A stretch of 64,000 nt of DNA, taken from Candidatus Poribacteria bacterium. GTDB lineage: Bacteria > Poribacteria > WGA-4E > PCPOR2b. The translations under genes were made by a program, and so were the position numbers. Shown piece after piece: positions 1 through 10,257 of this stretch. The notes under the pieces are model-generated. The model ran no database searches, was not told where the DNA came from, and worked only from the letters and a program-made list of their open reading frames with translations. The stretch lies in assembly GCA_965215015.1 (NCBI GenBank), contig OZ244042.1, positions 2,720,001 to 2,784,000 of the forward strand. The letters are read 5' to 3'. Each line of letters starts with the position of its first letter. Position 1 is the first letter of the stretch.

Positions 1-2705
1 CAACTCGGATTGAGGTAATAGGTCAAGCTGCAATCCAGTCCGTTGAGCGAGATGTCCCCGTAGTTGCGATAGGTCAACATAACCGCGTTTGAATCTGCCG
101 CCTGTTCGGGTGTCACTGTGCCAAAGGGAATGAAAGCGGGGCCGTTGTTCTCAGTGCCAGCTACGAACAGCTTTGTCAACTCATCAATAGCCGTACCGTT
201 GCCATTGCCGCCCTGAGCTGGAGCGTCAAACGCAAGCAACGCCTGATTGAGTGAAGCATTTTTAGGATCGCTTAACTCCGTCGTGAGGTGCTTTGTGAGG
301 AACGCCCCTAACGTCTCCGCGTCCAAGAACACATTTGGAGTTTCAACGACCAGGGGACCGATGAAGTCCTTAATTCTTGTGTGATAGACATCGGCAGAAA
401 AAGCCAACTTGTTCATAAGAATCCCTTTGTAGCCGAACTCATACGTTTGTGTTATCGTTGGCTTAAGCGGGTCAACGTTATTGACCTCTTCAATGTCCGT
501 AAACTCAGCCGTTTCTGGATTAAGGGTACGTAAAACAGTTTTTACCCCATTTACTTGCTCCGGAATGAGGTTGGCAAACCCATTAAGGATTTCTTCTTCT
601 GTGGATGCTGCAAGGGAGGCTGCAAGGCCTTCTACCACTTGTGGTGGCAATGCTTGAAGCACTTGTGGCACTATCTGTTGGAGCTGTTGGGGAGGCAGTG
701 CGGCAATTGCTCCCGGTTGCAGCAATGGAGCTAGCTCCGGTGGCAGTCCTTGAACCACTTGTGGTGGCAGTCCTGAAATCACTTGTGCTGCCAACCCTTG
801 AAGCTGCTCCGGGGGTAACCCCGCAACAAGCTGTGGCAATGCCTGAGGGGTGAAGGTTTGCTGTATGGTTTGCTGCACGCCTGCTTCAAAAATTGGCTGC
901 ACGCCACTCATAACGGCACCTCGCCCGATGCCCCACATAACATTGGTAAAAACGGGGTCCTCAAGGGGAATGTGAGTTTCTGCAGGCAGCTCCGCCACCG
1001 GTGAGAAGGGTGAGCGAAATAGTGGACGTCCATCCTCACCTCTTTTGAAGGTGAATCCCGTTTCGCTGTCGGCACCCTGTGCGCGTACGTCAATATTGGG
1101 ACTGAAGCCCAATATAGGTTGAAAACTGGCACCTAACCCAAACGCGTCTTCGACTGACAGAACATCAAGGAACAGGTTCGAGGTTCCCGGGGTACTGAAG
1201 GCACGATTATAGGTGAGCCTCAAGTTATGGTTGTCGTTCGGTTGGAAGGCAAGCGCGGCACGCGGTGAAAGGACCAAATCGCTGAGGTGGTTGTGGTCAT
1301 CAACCCTGGCGGCAGCAATGAACTTTAGCTCTGGCAGAATTTTGGTTTCTGACTGCAAATATGCACCTATCTCATTGATGTTGTCCTTATCCTCATTGCG
1401 CCCATTGATCGACCCTTCCGTATCGGGACGGGTCAGCAACAGATCTACACCGTAGGTAAAGCGTTGACGCTCTCCAAGACTGTAACCGTGCTGAATCTGT
1501 CCGACATACAGGTCGGAATTGTCGATGATTGGTTGGCCCGTTCGCAGGAGATAGGTATCCGCAGCATCGCTACGATTCCAAAAGGCTTGTGCAAAGAGGT
1601 CTTTGTAAATGAACCGGCCTTGGACGTAACCGTAAGTCCAGTTTTTAGCTTGACCGGCACCGATACCAGTCAGTTCAGTGCCGGTGGTTTGTGTGAAACC
1701 GCTGGCAAGGATTGTCGTCAAATCATCGGTGGGACGATAATCAACGCGAAATTCGCCGCCGGCTTTGTACATATCGAATTCCGGTTCCCCTGCGCCTTTG
1801 AGATCTTCCTCCGATCGCCCCTCTTCCCAATCATTTCCTTGAAGATAATTCCCTGAAAACTTATAGCCGATTGTCTCATTGATGACACCGGCATGTCGAA
1901 GCGAACCCATGAGTAAACTTCGCTCACCGCCGCCAATGCTGACAGTTGTTCCTTGAGAGGTAAATGGCGAGCGGGTCAGGATGTGCATGACACCGTTGGC
2001 ACTGTTTGGGCCATACAATGCCGCGCCGGGGCCTGAGACGACTTCAATCTGTTCAATATCTTCGTTTGTGGTCGGGATGAGGCTGTAGGAATTGACACGC
2101 AGGGAGGGAACACGAGCGATGCGATTGTCAACGAGCGACAAAAGAGAGCCCGAAAAAACGTTGTTGAAGCCGCGGACAACAACATGTGATGCACCTAGTC
2201 CGGTATTCACAACATCCACTGCACGCACCGATTTCAAGTGTTCGGTAACATTCGATGAGACACGGTCTCTGATTTGGGAAGCATTAACAAGGGCGACCGA
2301 TGCCGGGGCTTCAAGCACCTTCTCTCGACGCCGCGATGCCGAAACGGAAACCTGATCAAGTTCAATAATCTCTGAAGAGAGTGCAATTTCTACCGATGTG
2401 GTTCCATCGGCGACCAACTCAACGTCTGCCATCATCTTATCGGTATAACCGGGAGCAGACGCGGCTATCGTGTAGACACCCGCCGATAGATCTTCAATTT
2501 CAAGCATGCCGGCTGCATCGCTAACACCTTCAGTGGAAGTACCAGCTTGAGACATAACGGTAATGGAAATATCGCTCAGTTTTTCGCCGGTTTGGGCATC
2601 CATCACTGTGACATTCAAGGTGGCGGCGTGCACCGACACCACAGCAACAGCCAAAACAGCGACTAAGACTAACAACAAGACGCGGTGTTGGTTCAATTGT
2701 TTCAT
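1..2705 (-). CDS. TonB-dependent receptor with N-terminal carboxypeptidase-regulatory-like domain (3' end outside window)
   Basis: Absent from the ORF track because it runs off the window. ATG at 2705 with AAGGAG RBS; signal peptide MKQLNQHRVLLLVLVAVLAVAVVSVHA; plug motifs VSVSASRRREKVLEAPASV and VVVRGFNN. Confidence 0.9.
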   Translation of the reverse strand, partial: MKQLNQHRVLLLVLVAVLAVAVVSVHAATLNVTVMDAQTGEKLSDISITVMSQAGTSTEGVSDAAGMLEIEDLSAGVYTIAASAPGYTDKMMADVELVADGTTSVEIALSSEIIELDQVSVSASRRREKVLEAPASVALVNASQIRDRVSSNVTEHLKSVRAVDVVNTGLGASHVVVRGFNNVFSGSLLSLVDNRIARVPSLRVNSYSLIPTTNEDIEQIEVVSGPGAALYGPNSANGVMHILTRSPFTSQGTTVSIGGGERSLLMGSLRHAGVINETIGYKFSGNYLQGNDWEEGRSEEDLKGAGEPEFDMYKAGGEFRVDYRPTDDLTTILASGFTQTTGTELTGIGAGQAKNWTYGYVQGRFIYKDLFAQAFWNRSDAADTYLLRTGQPIIDNSDLYVGQIQHGYSLGERQRFTYGVDLLLTRPDTEGSINGRNEDKDNINEIGAYLQSETKILPELKFIAAARVDDHNHLSDLVLSPRAALAFQPNDNHNLRLTYNRAFSTPGTSNLFLDVLSVEDAFGLGASFQPILGFSPNIDVRAQGADSETGFTFKRGEDGRPLFRSPFSPVAELPAETHIPLEDPVFTNVMWGIGRGAVMSGVQPIFEAGVQQTIQQTFTPQALPQLVAGLPPEQLQGLAAQVISGLPPQVVQGLPPELAPLLQPGAIAALPPQQLQQIVPQVLQALPPQVVEGLAASLAASTEEEILNGFANLIPEQVNGVKTVLRTLNPETAEFTDIEEVNNVDPLKPTITQTYEFGYKGILMNKLAFSADVYHTRIKDFIGPLVVETPNVFLDAETLGAFLTKHLTTELSDPKNASLNQALLAFDAPAQGGNGNGTAIDELTKLFVAGTENNGPAFIPFGTVTPEQAADSNAVMLTYRNYGDISLNGLDCSLTYYLNPS

Positions 2706-3169
2706 TATATTATCTCCTTTATTTGAGAATGTTGTTGGTTGCCGCCTCAATAAGCAGCATGTCAGAAATCAACTGATTAATGCGATTATTAAATAAGGGC
2801 TCAATTCCTCCGTTCCCACTAATATGGCAAATCGGGTTGCATTGTTTATATTAAGGGAAGTTGTCACTTATAGGGTAGGTCGCAGCTTGGGTCAATAAGA
2901 ACCAAAATGAGAAACCCACCGCTCGCAGTGGGTTGATAAATCCCCGCACACCCGCCAAGCAACTTGGATCGGTCTATCCAAGCTGCTTTGAACCCTCGAT
3001 GAAATTGGGGTCGTAGCCTCTCAGTAGAGTCGGAGTCGAACGGGATTGATAAATAGTACGCAACGCAAAACACCTGAATTTTCAAACGGCTCGCCGCTAA
3101 CTAACCTCTCCTAGCCGAGCCATTATGCCGAGTGATTTCTACCAAAATTGACAATATATCAACAACACC

Positions 3170-3330
3170 TAGAACATAACGCGATAGAATACCAAACACT
3201 ATAGGGCGACAGAATACCAGACAGTGTTGCGTCCCATGATTGGCTCAATCCGCCCGGGACATTGCGCGAGAGTTCGAGTGTTTTGTCGAGATATGAGTCT
3301 TGACCTAGAATAGATAGTAACCTGCGTTAT
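3170..3330. repeat. Intergenic repeat module (REP/MITE fragment)
   Basis: agaataccagaca...ggctcaatccgcccgg.acattgc.cgagagt...ttttgtcgagatatga recurs at about 23770-23862 and in part at about 4595-4665. Confidence 0.7.
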
Positions 3331-3561
3331 ATCGTACACAATGTATCCATTGTTTGCAACATTTAGGGCGATTTGTCAAGGAATAAAGATATTGCTAAGC
3401 CTTTACTACTAATTGTACTAACTAAAGCCTACGATTGCAAGACAGAAACGGTTTCAATCAAATCGGATTGTTCTATATGTCGCACCAATTGGATTACTCG
3501 GCGATTGTCTTCCAGCACCGAGATTGAGGGGAATTCTGAATGCAGCACCAATTGACACCGT

Positions 3562-4434
3562 TCACGCGATAGTGAGTATCTCCGCTGCAACCAACGCTTC
3601 CAGCCGCCAGGCACCCAAGATATGCTCTGCGATGACCGTTGTCATAGTTGCCCCTGTCTGTTTCGCGGCGAGATGCCAACTCTCCTGATGACGGGCAAAC
3701 GCAGCGCGATACCGTTTTTCAGCGGCAGCATCCACGAAAATCTCCTGCACCGCATCCGTCTCCGAATCAACGAGTCGGATGTTGCCGTGTTCGGTCGGAT
3801 TCACGTCAGCCTCTGCCAAGACCTGCACGACCACGACAGCCGTCGCCCGTTCGGTAAATTGAGCCAATACCGTCAATGGATCTCCGGACCAGAACAGGTC
3901 ACTGAGCAGCACGCGCAATCCAAACGGACGCCACGCCGGGGGGCGTTTGACAAATGACCTTGATAGCTCCTCGCGATATGTTAAATCGAGCCCGTCCCAA
4001 ATTGATGGTCGGTCTGCACCATTGTCCACTTGTCGACACCCATCTCCTGCTATCCAAGCGGTATGGGAGTATCCGACATTTGATGCCGCAGTCGCGAAGA
4101 CCGCCGCCAACCCGAGCGTCGCTTGTGCCTTGGGACCATCTTCAAGTGCCATAGAGCGCGAGCCATCAATGACAACATCCAGATGCGGACTGACTTCGTC
4201 CCGGTATAACTTGACGGTTAATTTATCGCTCCGTGCGAAGCCCCCCCAGTCAATTCGGCGCAGGTCGTCCCCCGGTTGGTACTCGCGGTGATCGATAAAC
4301 TCCAGTGAACTCCCCGGACGCTTTCCCATCTGACTGCCGGCAATTCCGAAAGGAACATTGCGCGGTGCTGCCAAGGTGTACCGTGCACCTGCGCGTTCAC
4401 CATCTATGAGATATTGGCGGTAGGTTTCGTTCAT
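3562..4434 (-). CDS. DUF58 domain protein (MoxR-associated)
   Basis: GSSLEFIDHREYQPGDDLRRIDW signature, DGSRS motif; AGGAGG RBS. Confidence 0.92.
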   Translation of the reverse strand: MNETYRQYLIDGERAGARYTLAAPRNVPFGIAGSQMGKRPGSSLEFIDHREYQPGDDLRRIDWGGFARSDKLTVKLYRDEVSPHLDVVIDGSRSMALEDGPKAQATLGLAAVFATAASNVGYSHTAWIAGDGCRQVDNGADRPSIWDGLDLTYREELSRSFVKRPPAWRPFGLRVLLSDLFWSGDPLTVLAQFTERATAVVVVQVLAEADVNPTEHGNIRLVDSETDAVQEIFVDAAAEKRYRAAFARHQESWHLAAKQTGATMTTVIAEHILGAWRLEALVAAEILTIA

Positions 4435-4462
4435 ACGGTTTTGAGCCTCCTATTATTTGATT

Positions 4463-4962
4463 TAATCTAAGTTGCTAGGTTCTGTTGACATTTGAGCGCA
4501 ACCAGATAATCAAGGGGGTGCACAGATACATAGCCCTTCGTAGGGGTTGGGTCTTGTTCACATATCAGAAACGATTTCGGACTTCTGTCGGTTGATTTTC
4601 CAAAATCGAAAATACCGAGAACATTGCGCTATAGTGTTTTGTCAAGATATGAATCTCGACCTACAATTGACTCAACCTTTATGCCTTTATGGTTGTGGGT
4701 TTCCAACTCGGACTAGCCAAGGGGCGAGGAGACCTTGCCTCTACTATGACGGACACGCCTCGCATAAATGTCAACACGCTCTAGTTATTGTTCCGGTGCC
4801 TGCCTGAATACGGAAGGGGGAACTCAATGCGTAAGAAGTTCATTATGGGTTCATTCGTTCATTGACCTGCTGAACGCTATACATACAGAAATAGGTCAAT
4901 GAATAAGTAAAAAATAGGGGTTACAGCATACGGAGTATGTCTACTACTAGCAACCTGCGTTA
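4463..4962. mobile_element. MITE-like element, family A (TIR about taacgcaagttgctag), filled with REP-like palindromes
   Basis: Left taatctaagttgctag (4463), right ctagcaacctgcgtta (4947-4962); nested inner pair tgttgacattt / aaatgtcaaca. The same ends bound 23533-23982. Confidence 0.65.
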
Positions 4963-4998
4963 CTATAAAAAAAGCGGTGCTCCTGATGCGCCTTACCT

Positions 4999-7767
4999 CT
5001 AACGTCCCGTCCGTCCGCTGGCACGCCTGCGCGCCTGACTTAAGGCATCAAGCATCCCCTCCCGATCGGAAGAGACTTCGGGCTTTTCCGGTTCCTCCGG
5101 TGTAGACGGTACTGTTTTTCCTACGGAGGGAGGCACGGCGACCTGAGTCTTTATGCGTTCTTTCCGCGGGATACGTTGCGAAATTGTTTCCATAAACTGT
5201 CGCCCACGTCTCATAGAGAGCAACCCTGTGCGGCGTTCCAAGGTTTCGAGAAGCAGCAGGAGAAGTGCCGCAATCAGTAACCACGGCTGAAGCGACATCA
5301 AGCGTGGTTGTCGCGGCAAATCATCCCAGATGCCTCCCAGATTAATCCGTTGTTTTCCGTCAGTCGCTTTTGCCAGTTGTTCCATTGTTGTAAGCCCTGA
5401 TACGGTGTGAGTAGGCTTAAATTCCGGTGAATACGGCAAGCAGACAGGAGGCAGCGATATATTCCCAACCCCCGGCACCTCCACTGTCGTCAGTATCGTT
5501 TCACTACCGTGGATTGGGATATCGACTGAGAGCATGTCGGCAGATAGCCAAGACAGCTCGGTTCTGTCAATAGTTGGCGTTTCTCCAACAACGCCCCGGA
5601 GTACCGTCACGGTAGGCAGTTCCCTGAAAACCTCCCCCTCTCGCCCGGGGTCAAGATGAAGTTCCACCACATTGACTCCATTCTTGACCTTCTGTGTCAG
5701 TAACATCTCGCCGGGCAGATTCCCAGAATCACCCGCTGTCCAGCGGACCAAACTTGTGAGAAGGTTACCAACCCCCTCCCAACTCGCAATGGGACCCGTA
5801 TGTGCCCCATCTGCTTCACCCGTATAGCAGAGTACCCGTCCAATTCCCGCCTGCCACGCCGCCACGACCGGTGCTTTGTACTCGTCCACCGTCACAGCGG
5901 CGAGGTTCGCATCAGGACGGATGTAACAGAGATTGTACCCGCCGATTGGAGACGGTATCTGATATTGTTTGCCGGTCAGCGAGACCATGCCGCCTGTTGT
6001 CCGAACTGTGGTCGGTTCGTCAATAAATGTGCTACGCGCTACAACGAAGGTATCTTGGGCAAATAGACGCGGCAACTCTTCGGCATTCTCGGTAAAAAAG
6101 CAACGTCCATTGCCACGATAGGCTATATCGCGCAGCAACCCGGCGTCAACGTCATGGGGAGTGCCTAGACCAACGACACTGACAGTGATATTGGCTTTTC
6201 GGCATTCCTCAAGCAGTTCGCGGTATCGTCCAGGTTGCTCCGAATCGGCCGCGTCCGCAAAGAGAATAATGTGCCGAGTACCAGCTTGAGCGTTCAAGAG
6301 CATTTTAGCTGCAGCGGAAAGTGCCTCGTAGACGAAGATCCCGCCGCCCTGTGAACCGATGTGCAGGATGTGACTGCGGACGTGTGATTGATTTTCGACC
6401 GGCGCGAGTTTGGTGATGATGTGCGGCGAGCTATCGACCGCAACTACACCAAACTCATCCATCGGCGATAGCATATCAAATACCTCCACCGTAGCAAGGT
6501 TTGCGAGGTGCATCTTAGTTCTGCCGCTGCCCACCGGCATTGACATACTCCCGGACCTGTCCATCGCCACTACGATAGCGAGTGATAGCTTCCGGTGCTC
6601 TTGCCGCAACTCCATTGAGACTGGCATAATCGGTTCAAGTGGTGATCGGAAATAGCCTCCCGGTCCGTAAGCGTGCTTTCCACCCGTCATCATGAACCCC
6701 GCTCCGGCCTCTTTGACCCAAACAGCGAGGTTTTCCATACCGAGGAGACCAATCTCCGCCGCCAATACATTCTCAACTAGCACGGCGGCATACCCTGACA
6801 ACTCATCGAGCGACCAGGGGTAAGCCGACGGAGAGACGGTTTTTACATCCAATCCGCCCGCCTGTAGCAGACGAGTAAGCCCGGAACCAGAAGCAGTAGT
6901 GACGTGCAGAATCGGGCGTGCTCCCTCAATACCGACTAGAATCTTTGCCGTATTATTCTCTGGTACAGGGTCGGCTTCAGTCCCCTCAATCCGCAAGGTG
7001 TATTGATGCGTGCCCGGCTGCGCTGCCTTGTCCCGAAAGATAAGACGGTTCAACCCGGACGGCACTTTTCGCTTACCAATCGCCAATCGTTGGTTTCCGC
7101 GGAACAACTCAAATGAGATTTCGCCCGGAACTGGCACCTGTACCCATGCAGCGAGCATGAAGGATTCACCGGGGTTGACCGTCTCCGGCGAATCTATATG
7201 GGAAATGGCAATATCATTTGTCGAAGCCCGCTGTATGGGGCGGTAATCGAGAGGGATGCCTCGCGCTGCAGCTTGAGCCGTTGTACTTGATGGGTCTTTT
7301 CCCGTCCATCTCCCATCCGATAGCAGGAGCACTCTGCCGGGTGCCCCTTGCGGGATGAGTGCCATCGCTTTCTCAATGGCATCATTCAGGTCAGAGGCGT
7401 CACCGTGCACCTCATTGACAAATCCGGCGAATTTTCCACTCTGGGGTGATTGTTCAATGGCAATACCCCTGCCAAAGGAAACCACGGCCAGGTTAGAATC
7501 GCTTCCTATAACACCTTGAATTAAATCGATTGCTTCCTTCTGCTTTGCCTCACTGTCAGGAGGCATCGACCGGCTTCTATCCGCCACGACGACAAGCGTA
7601 CCCGTCCGGCTCGGCAACTTTACAGCAAGACCACACATCGCCAACAAGATCAAGCACAGTATCGTCAGACGCAGAATCACCAAGAGACGGGAAGGCAGTT
7701 TCCACACGCGCAGGGATACAATCAGGGGAATGAGCAGGAGCAGCCAGATTGGATGGAGGAGTGTCAT
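4999..7767 (-). CDS. Membrane-anchored double-VWA protein with glutamine amidotransferase-like domain
   Basis: N-terminal TM helices, two MIDAS motifs (DRSRS, DRSGS), GGKHAYGPGGY segment, C-terminal TM helix. Start moved to MTLLHP because the upstream extension crosses a palindromic repeat. Confidence 0.88.
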   Translation of the reverse strand: MTLLHPIWLLLLIPLIVSLRVWKLPSRLLVILRLTILCLILLAMCGLAVKLPSRTGTLVVVADRSRSMPPDSEAKQKEAIDLIQGVIGSDSNLAVVSFGRGIAIEQSPQSGKFAGFVNEVHGDASDLNDAIEKAMALIPQGAPGRVLLLSDGRWTGKDPSSTTAQAAARGIPLDYRPIQRASTNDIAISHIDSPETVNPGESFMLAAWVQVPVPGEISFELFRGNQRLAIGKRKVPSGLNRLIFRDKAAQPGTHQYTLRIEGTEADPVPENNTAKILVGIEGARPILHVTTASGSGLTRLLQAGGLDVKTVSPSAYPWSLDELSGYAAVLVENVLAAEIGLLGMENLAVWVKEAGAGFMMTGGKHAYGPGGYFRSPLEPIMPVSMELRQEHRKLSLAIVVAMDRSGSMSMPVGSGRTKMHLANLATVEVFDMLSPMDEFGVVAVDSSPHIITKLAPVENQSHVRSHILHIGSQGGGIFVYEALSAAAKMLLNAQAGTRHIILFADAADSEQPGRYRELLEECRKANITVSVVGLGTPHDVDAGLLRDIAYRGNGRCFFTENAEELPRLFAQDTFVVARSTFIDEPTTVRTTGGMVSLTGKQYQIPSPIGGYNLCYIRPDANLAAVTVDEYKAPVVAAWQAGIGRVLCYTGEADGAHTGPIASWEGVGNLLTSLVRWTAGDSGNLPGEMLLTQKVKNGVNVVELHLDPGREGEVFRELPTVTVLRGVVGETPTIDRTELSWLSADMLSVDIPIHGSETILTTVEVPGVGNISLPPVCLPYSPEFKPTHTVSGLTTMEQLAKATDGKQRINLGGIWDDLPRQPRLMSLQPWLLIAALLLLLLETLERRTGLLSMRRGRQFMETISQRIPRKERIKTQVAVPPSVGKTVPSTPEEPEKPEVSSDREGMLDALSQARRRASGRTGR

Positions 7768-7805
7768 GATGGCTGAATATGGATTGGGGTTAAGAAGTGG
7801 GAAAA

Positions 7806-7839
7806 AGAAACCGAGTTTTTTCCGCAAAACTCGGTTTCT
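7806..7839. repeat. REP-like palindrome agaaaccgagtttt...aaaactcggtttct
   Basis: Long perfect stem; related copies near 12195, 19294, 25261, 26492 and 33608. Confidence 0.8.
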
Positions 7840-7918
7840 CTCTGACATAAGCAGACAGACAGTGGGAAACCGCTCAGAGGATGCTTTCGACAACACCCTT
7901 CAAACACGAGATAAAGGT

Positions 7919-9274
7919 TCAGGCATCCGGTGGCGTCAGCATCGCGGCGATGTCTTCCGGTAGCTTCAAGTCGTGTTTCCGCTCAAAATCTGGGACGCTC
8001 TCGTAGTCATTAAGAAATGCCGTGACGATATCTGCCCCCATTGCCTTGGCAACGGTCAAATCTAATTTAGTTTTTTCCCATTCTCCCAAATGTAACCACG
8101 CCTCACCGCGATTTTTATAGGCTTCCGCATAATTGGCTTTCAATTGTATCGCCTTGGTATAATCTTCAATGGCGAGGTTATAATCGCTTTTTTTTCTATA
8201 GACTTCTCCGCGATTTTTATAGGCTTCCGCAAGATTTGGTTTCAGTTCTATCGCCTTGGTATAATCTTCAATGGCGAGGTTATAATCGCTTTTTTTTCTA
8301 TAGACTTCTCCGCGATTTTTATAGGCTTCCGCAAGATTTGGTCTCAGTTCTATCGCCTTGGTATAATCTTCAATGGCGAGGTCATAATCGCTTTTTTTTC
8401 TATAGACTTCTCCGCGATTTTTATAGGCTTCCGCAAGATTTATTCTCAGTTCCATCGGTCTGTTATAATTTTCAATGGCGCAGTCAAACTCTTCTCTATT
8501 ACTGTAAGCTACCCCACGGTTGTAATAGGCCTTAAAATCCGGTTTAAGTTGTATTGCCTTGGTATAGTTTTCAATAGCAAGGTCATAATTACCCTTGCCG
8601 CGGTAAGCAGCTCCTCGATTGTTGTAGGGTTCCGCATAATCGGGCTTGAGTGTTATCGCTCTGTTACAGTCTTCAATAGCAAGATCATAATCACCCTTGC
8701 TGCGGTAGACAGCTCCGCGATTGCTATAGGCGATAGCATAACCTCGTTTTAACTCTATTGCTTTGTTAAGGTCTAAGATAGCCCGTTCATGCTCGCCTTT
8801 GTTGCCGTAAGTCACTCCGCGATTGTTATAGGCTTCAGCATAGTCTGGTTTCAGTTTTATCGCCTCGGTATAGTCTGCGATAGCTAAGTCAACCTCACCT
8901 TTATTGTCGTAGACGATACCACGATTGTTATAAACTTCAGCAAGGTTTGGTTTGATTGTTACGGCTTTATTCAAGTCTGCAATGGCAGGATTAAGCTCCC
9001 CTTTTTTACTGTAAGCCACCCCACGATTACCATAGGCTTCCGCATAATTGCTTTTGAGTTGTATTGCTTTGGTATAGTCTATAATGGCACGATCAATCTT
9101 GCCTTTGAGTTCATAAGCGTAGCCACGAAAGCTATAGATACGCGCGTGGTCCGGTTTCAGCTTAATCGCCTCATCATAGGCTTCGATGGCTTCATCGTAC
9201 TTTTTGGTGACCAATCTAACATTGCCCCGTTGAAAATAACTATAGTAGTCTTTTTCGTTCAATCTCTTGTTCAT
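7919..9274 (-). CDS. Tetratricopeptide repeat protein
   Basis: About a dozen 34-aa TPRs (AEAYNNRG..Y...AI.DY.KAI.LKP). Confidence 0.93.
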   Translation of the reverse strand: MNKRLNEKDYYSYFQRGNVRLVTKKYDEAIEAYDEAIKLKPDHARIYSFRGYAYELKGKIDRAIIDYTKAIQLKSNYAEAYGNRGVAYSKKGELNPAIADLNKAVTIKPNLAEVYNNRGIVYDNKGEVDLAIADYTEAIKLKPDYAEAYNNRGVTYGNKGEHERAILDLNKAIELKRGYAIAYSNRGAVYRSKGDYDLAIEDCNRAITLKPDYAEPYNNRGAAYRGKGNYDLAIENYTKAIQLKPDFKAYYNRGVAYSNREEFDCAIENYNRPMELRINLAEAYKNRGEVYRKKSDYDLAIEDYTKAIELRPNLAEAYKNRGEVYRKKSDYNLAIEDYTKAIELKPNLAEAYKNRGEVYRKKSDYNLAIEDYTKAIQLKANYAEAYKNRGEAWLHLGEWEKTKLDLTVAKAMGADIVTAFLNDYESVPDFERKHDLKLPEDIAAMLTPPDA

Positions 9275-10080
9275 GATAGCTTTTCTCCATCGTTGGATGC
9301 AATGAGTCTTAGGTCGTAGGGGTGTTGTTGGGTGTTTCTCTCAAAAAAACCGAGCAGATCAGCAAATAGTGTTTTTTCCGAGATTCCCATTTTTACCAAT
9401 GCCGTTCGTACCTTTTCCTTGCGTATAGCAGGAATAACGATTTCTTGAGCGATCATTTCCCTATCCATTTCAGGTGGGCCAAATAGAAATACCGATTGCT
9501 GCATAGTCAGCCGTTCGGTGTCTACCTTCCGACTGTCCAAAGTCGGTGCCCAAAGATACCACCGCTCTTGATTCGCGTCAAAAAACGCTGCCAGATTATG
9601 CTCAAGCACTTCCATTGTATTTATCGGTTCAATTTTCTGACTATCATTTTCTAATACAATAACCTTGCCATTTATATCCTCATCATTCTCATTAGCGCAG
9701 GCAAACCAAAGTGCAACCAAGGGGCTGAATGTAAAATCGATCAACCCTGTTGCTACCTTGTTATGCTGCAAATGCGCCATACACTCCAACGGGTGCAGGT
9801 CCCTGTATGTAGATGGATACTTTAGTTGAATCTCATCAACGATTTGTAGAAGATAATCCCGGTGATGAGAACGTAATAATTCAGAGAAACGGTTATATTC
9901 CCTTTCCGACTCCTGTTCCAAAGGACTAGTACTAATTTCTAAGCGACGATAAGCACTGCTGTTCACTTGCCACTCTGCATTTCTCTGCCCTCGATAGAGA
10001 TAACCTTTTTCTGAATCAGTTATAGCGTTTATTTGGTTAATGTAATCTGCTAAGTCCGAGATTTCAATTGGTTCATTCAT
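9271..10080 (-). CDS. FRG domain protein
   Basis: YRGQ motif, QHNKVATGLIDFTFSPLVALWFAC and ERLTMQQSVF motifs; ATGA overlap with the TPR gene. Confidence 0.9.
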   Translation of the reverse strand: MNEPIEISDLADYINQINAITDSEKGYLYRGQRNAEWQVNSSAYRRLEISTSPLEQESEREYNRFSELLRSHHRDYLLQIVDEIQLKYPSTYRDLHPLECMAHLQHNKVATGLIDFTFSPLVALWFACANENDEDINGKVIVLENDSQKIEPINTMEVLEHNLAAFFDANQERWYLWAPTLDSRKVDTERLTMQQSVFLFGPPEMDREMIAQEIVIPAIRKEKVRTALVKMGISEKTLFADLLGFFERNTQQHPYDLRLIASNDGEKLS

Positions 10081-10089
10081 ATGAGTCCA

Positions 10090-10196
10090 TCATGCTTCAC
10101 TACCCACAGCTGGTCCGGTGTCAACCTCACCATGTAAAACAGTTTGGGAATATGCAGGGCTAAACTATTGTCCCATTTCTGCACACGAGTTTCCAT
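10090..10196 (-). pseudogene. mazE: Internally deleted mazE/AbrB-family antitoxin remnant
   Basis: METRVQKWDNSLALHIPK matches the MazE N-terminus (KWGNSLALRIP); it is joined out of frame to LHGEVDTGPAVGSEA*, which resembles the MazE C-terminus. Confidence 0.75.
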
Positions 10197-10228
10197 ATCT
10201 TTCCGCCTTCCCAATCGTAGATATAATG

Positions 10229-10257
10229 GATATACATTGGAAATTAGAATTTGTCAA
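10229..10257 (-). promoter_or_regulatory. Putative sigma70 promoter of the former mazEF locus, now upstream of FRG-TPR
   Basis: TTGACA-17 bp-TATATC on the minus strand, overlapping repeated tatatc boxes. Confidence 0.5.

Noticed and set aside
605-2796. Short ORFs listed in the first 2.8 kb
   Set aside because: They overlap the TonB receptor frame, which the ORF track missed.
2990-3040. TPP riboswitch (CTGAGA on the minus strand)
   Set aside because: The downstream ACCTGA...TAAT...GCG.AGGGA consensus is missing.
8144-8752. 202-aa repetitive plus-strand ORF
   Set aside because: Antisense shadow of the TPR repeats.
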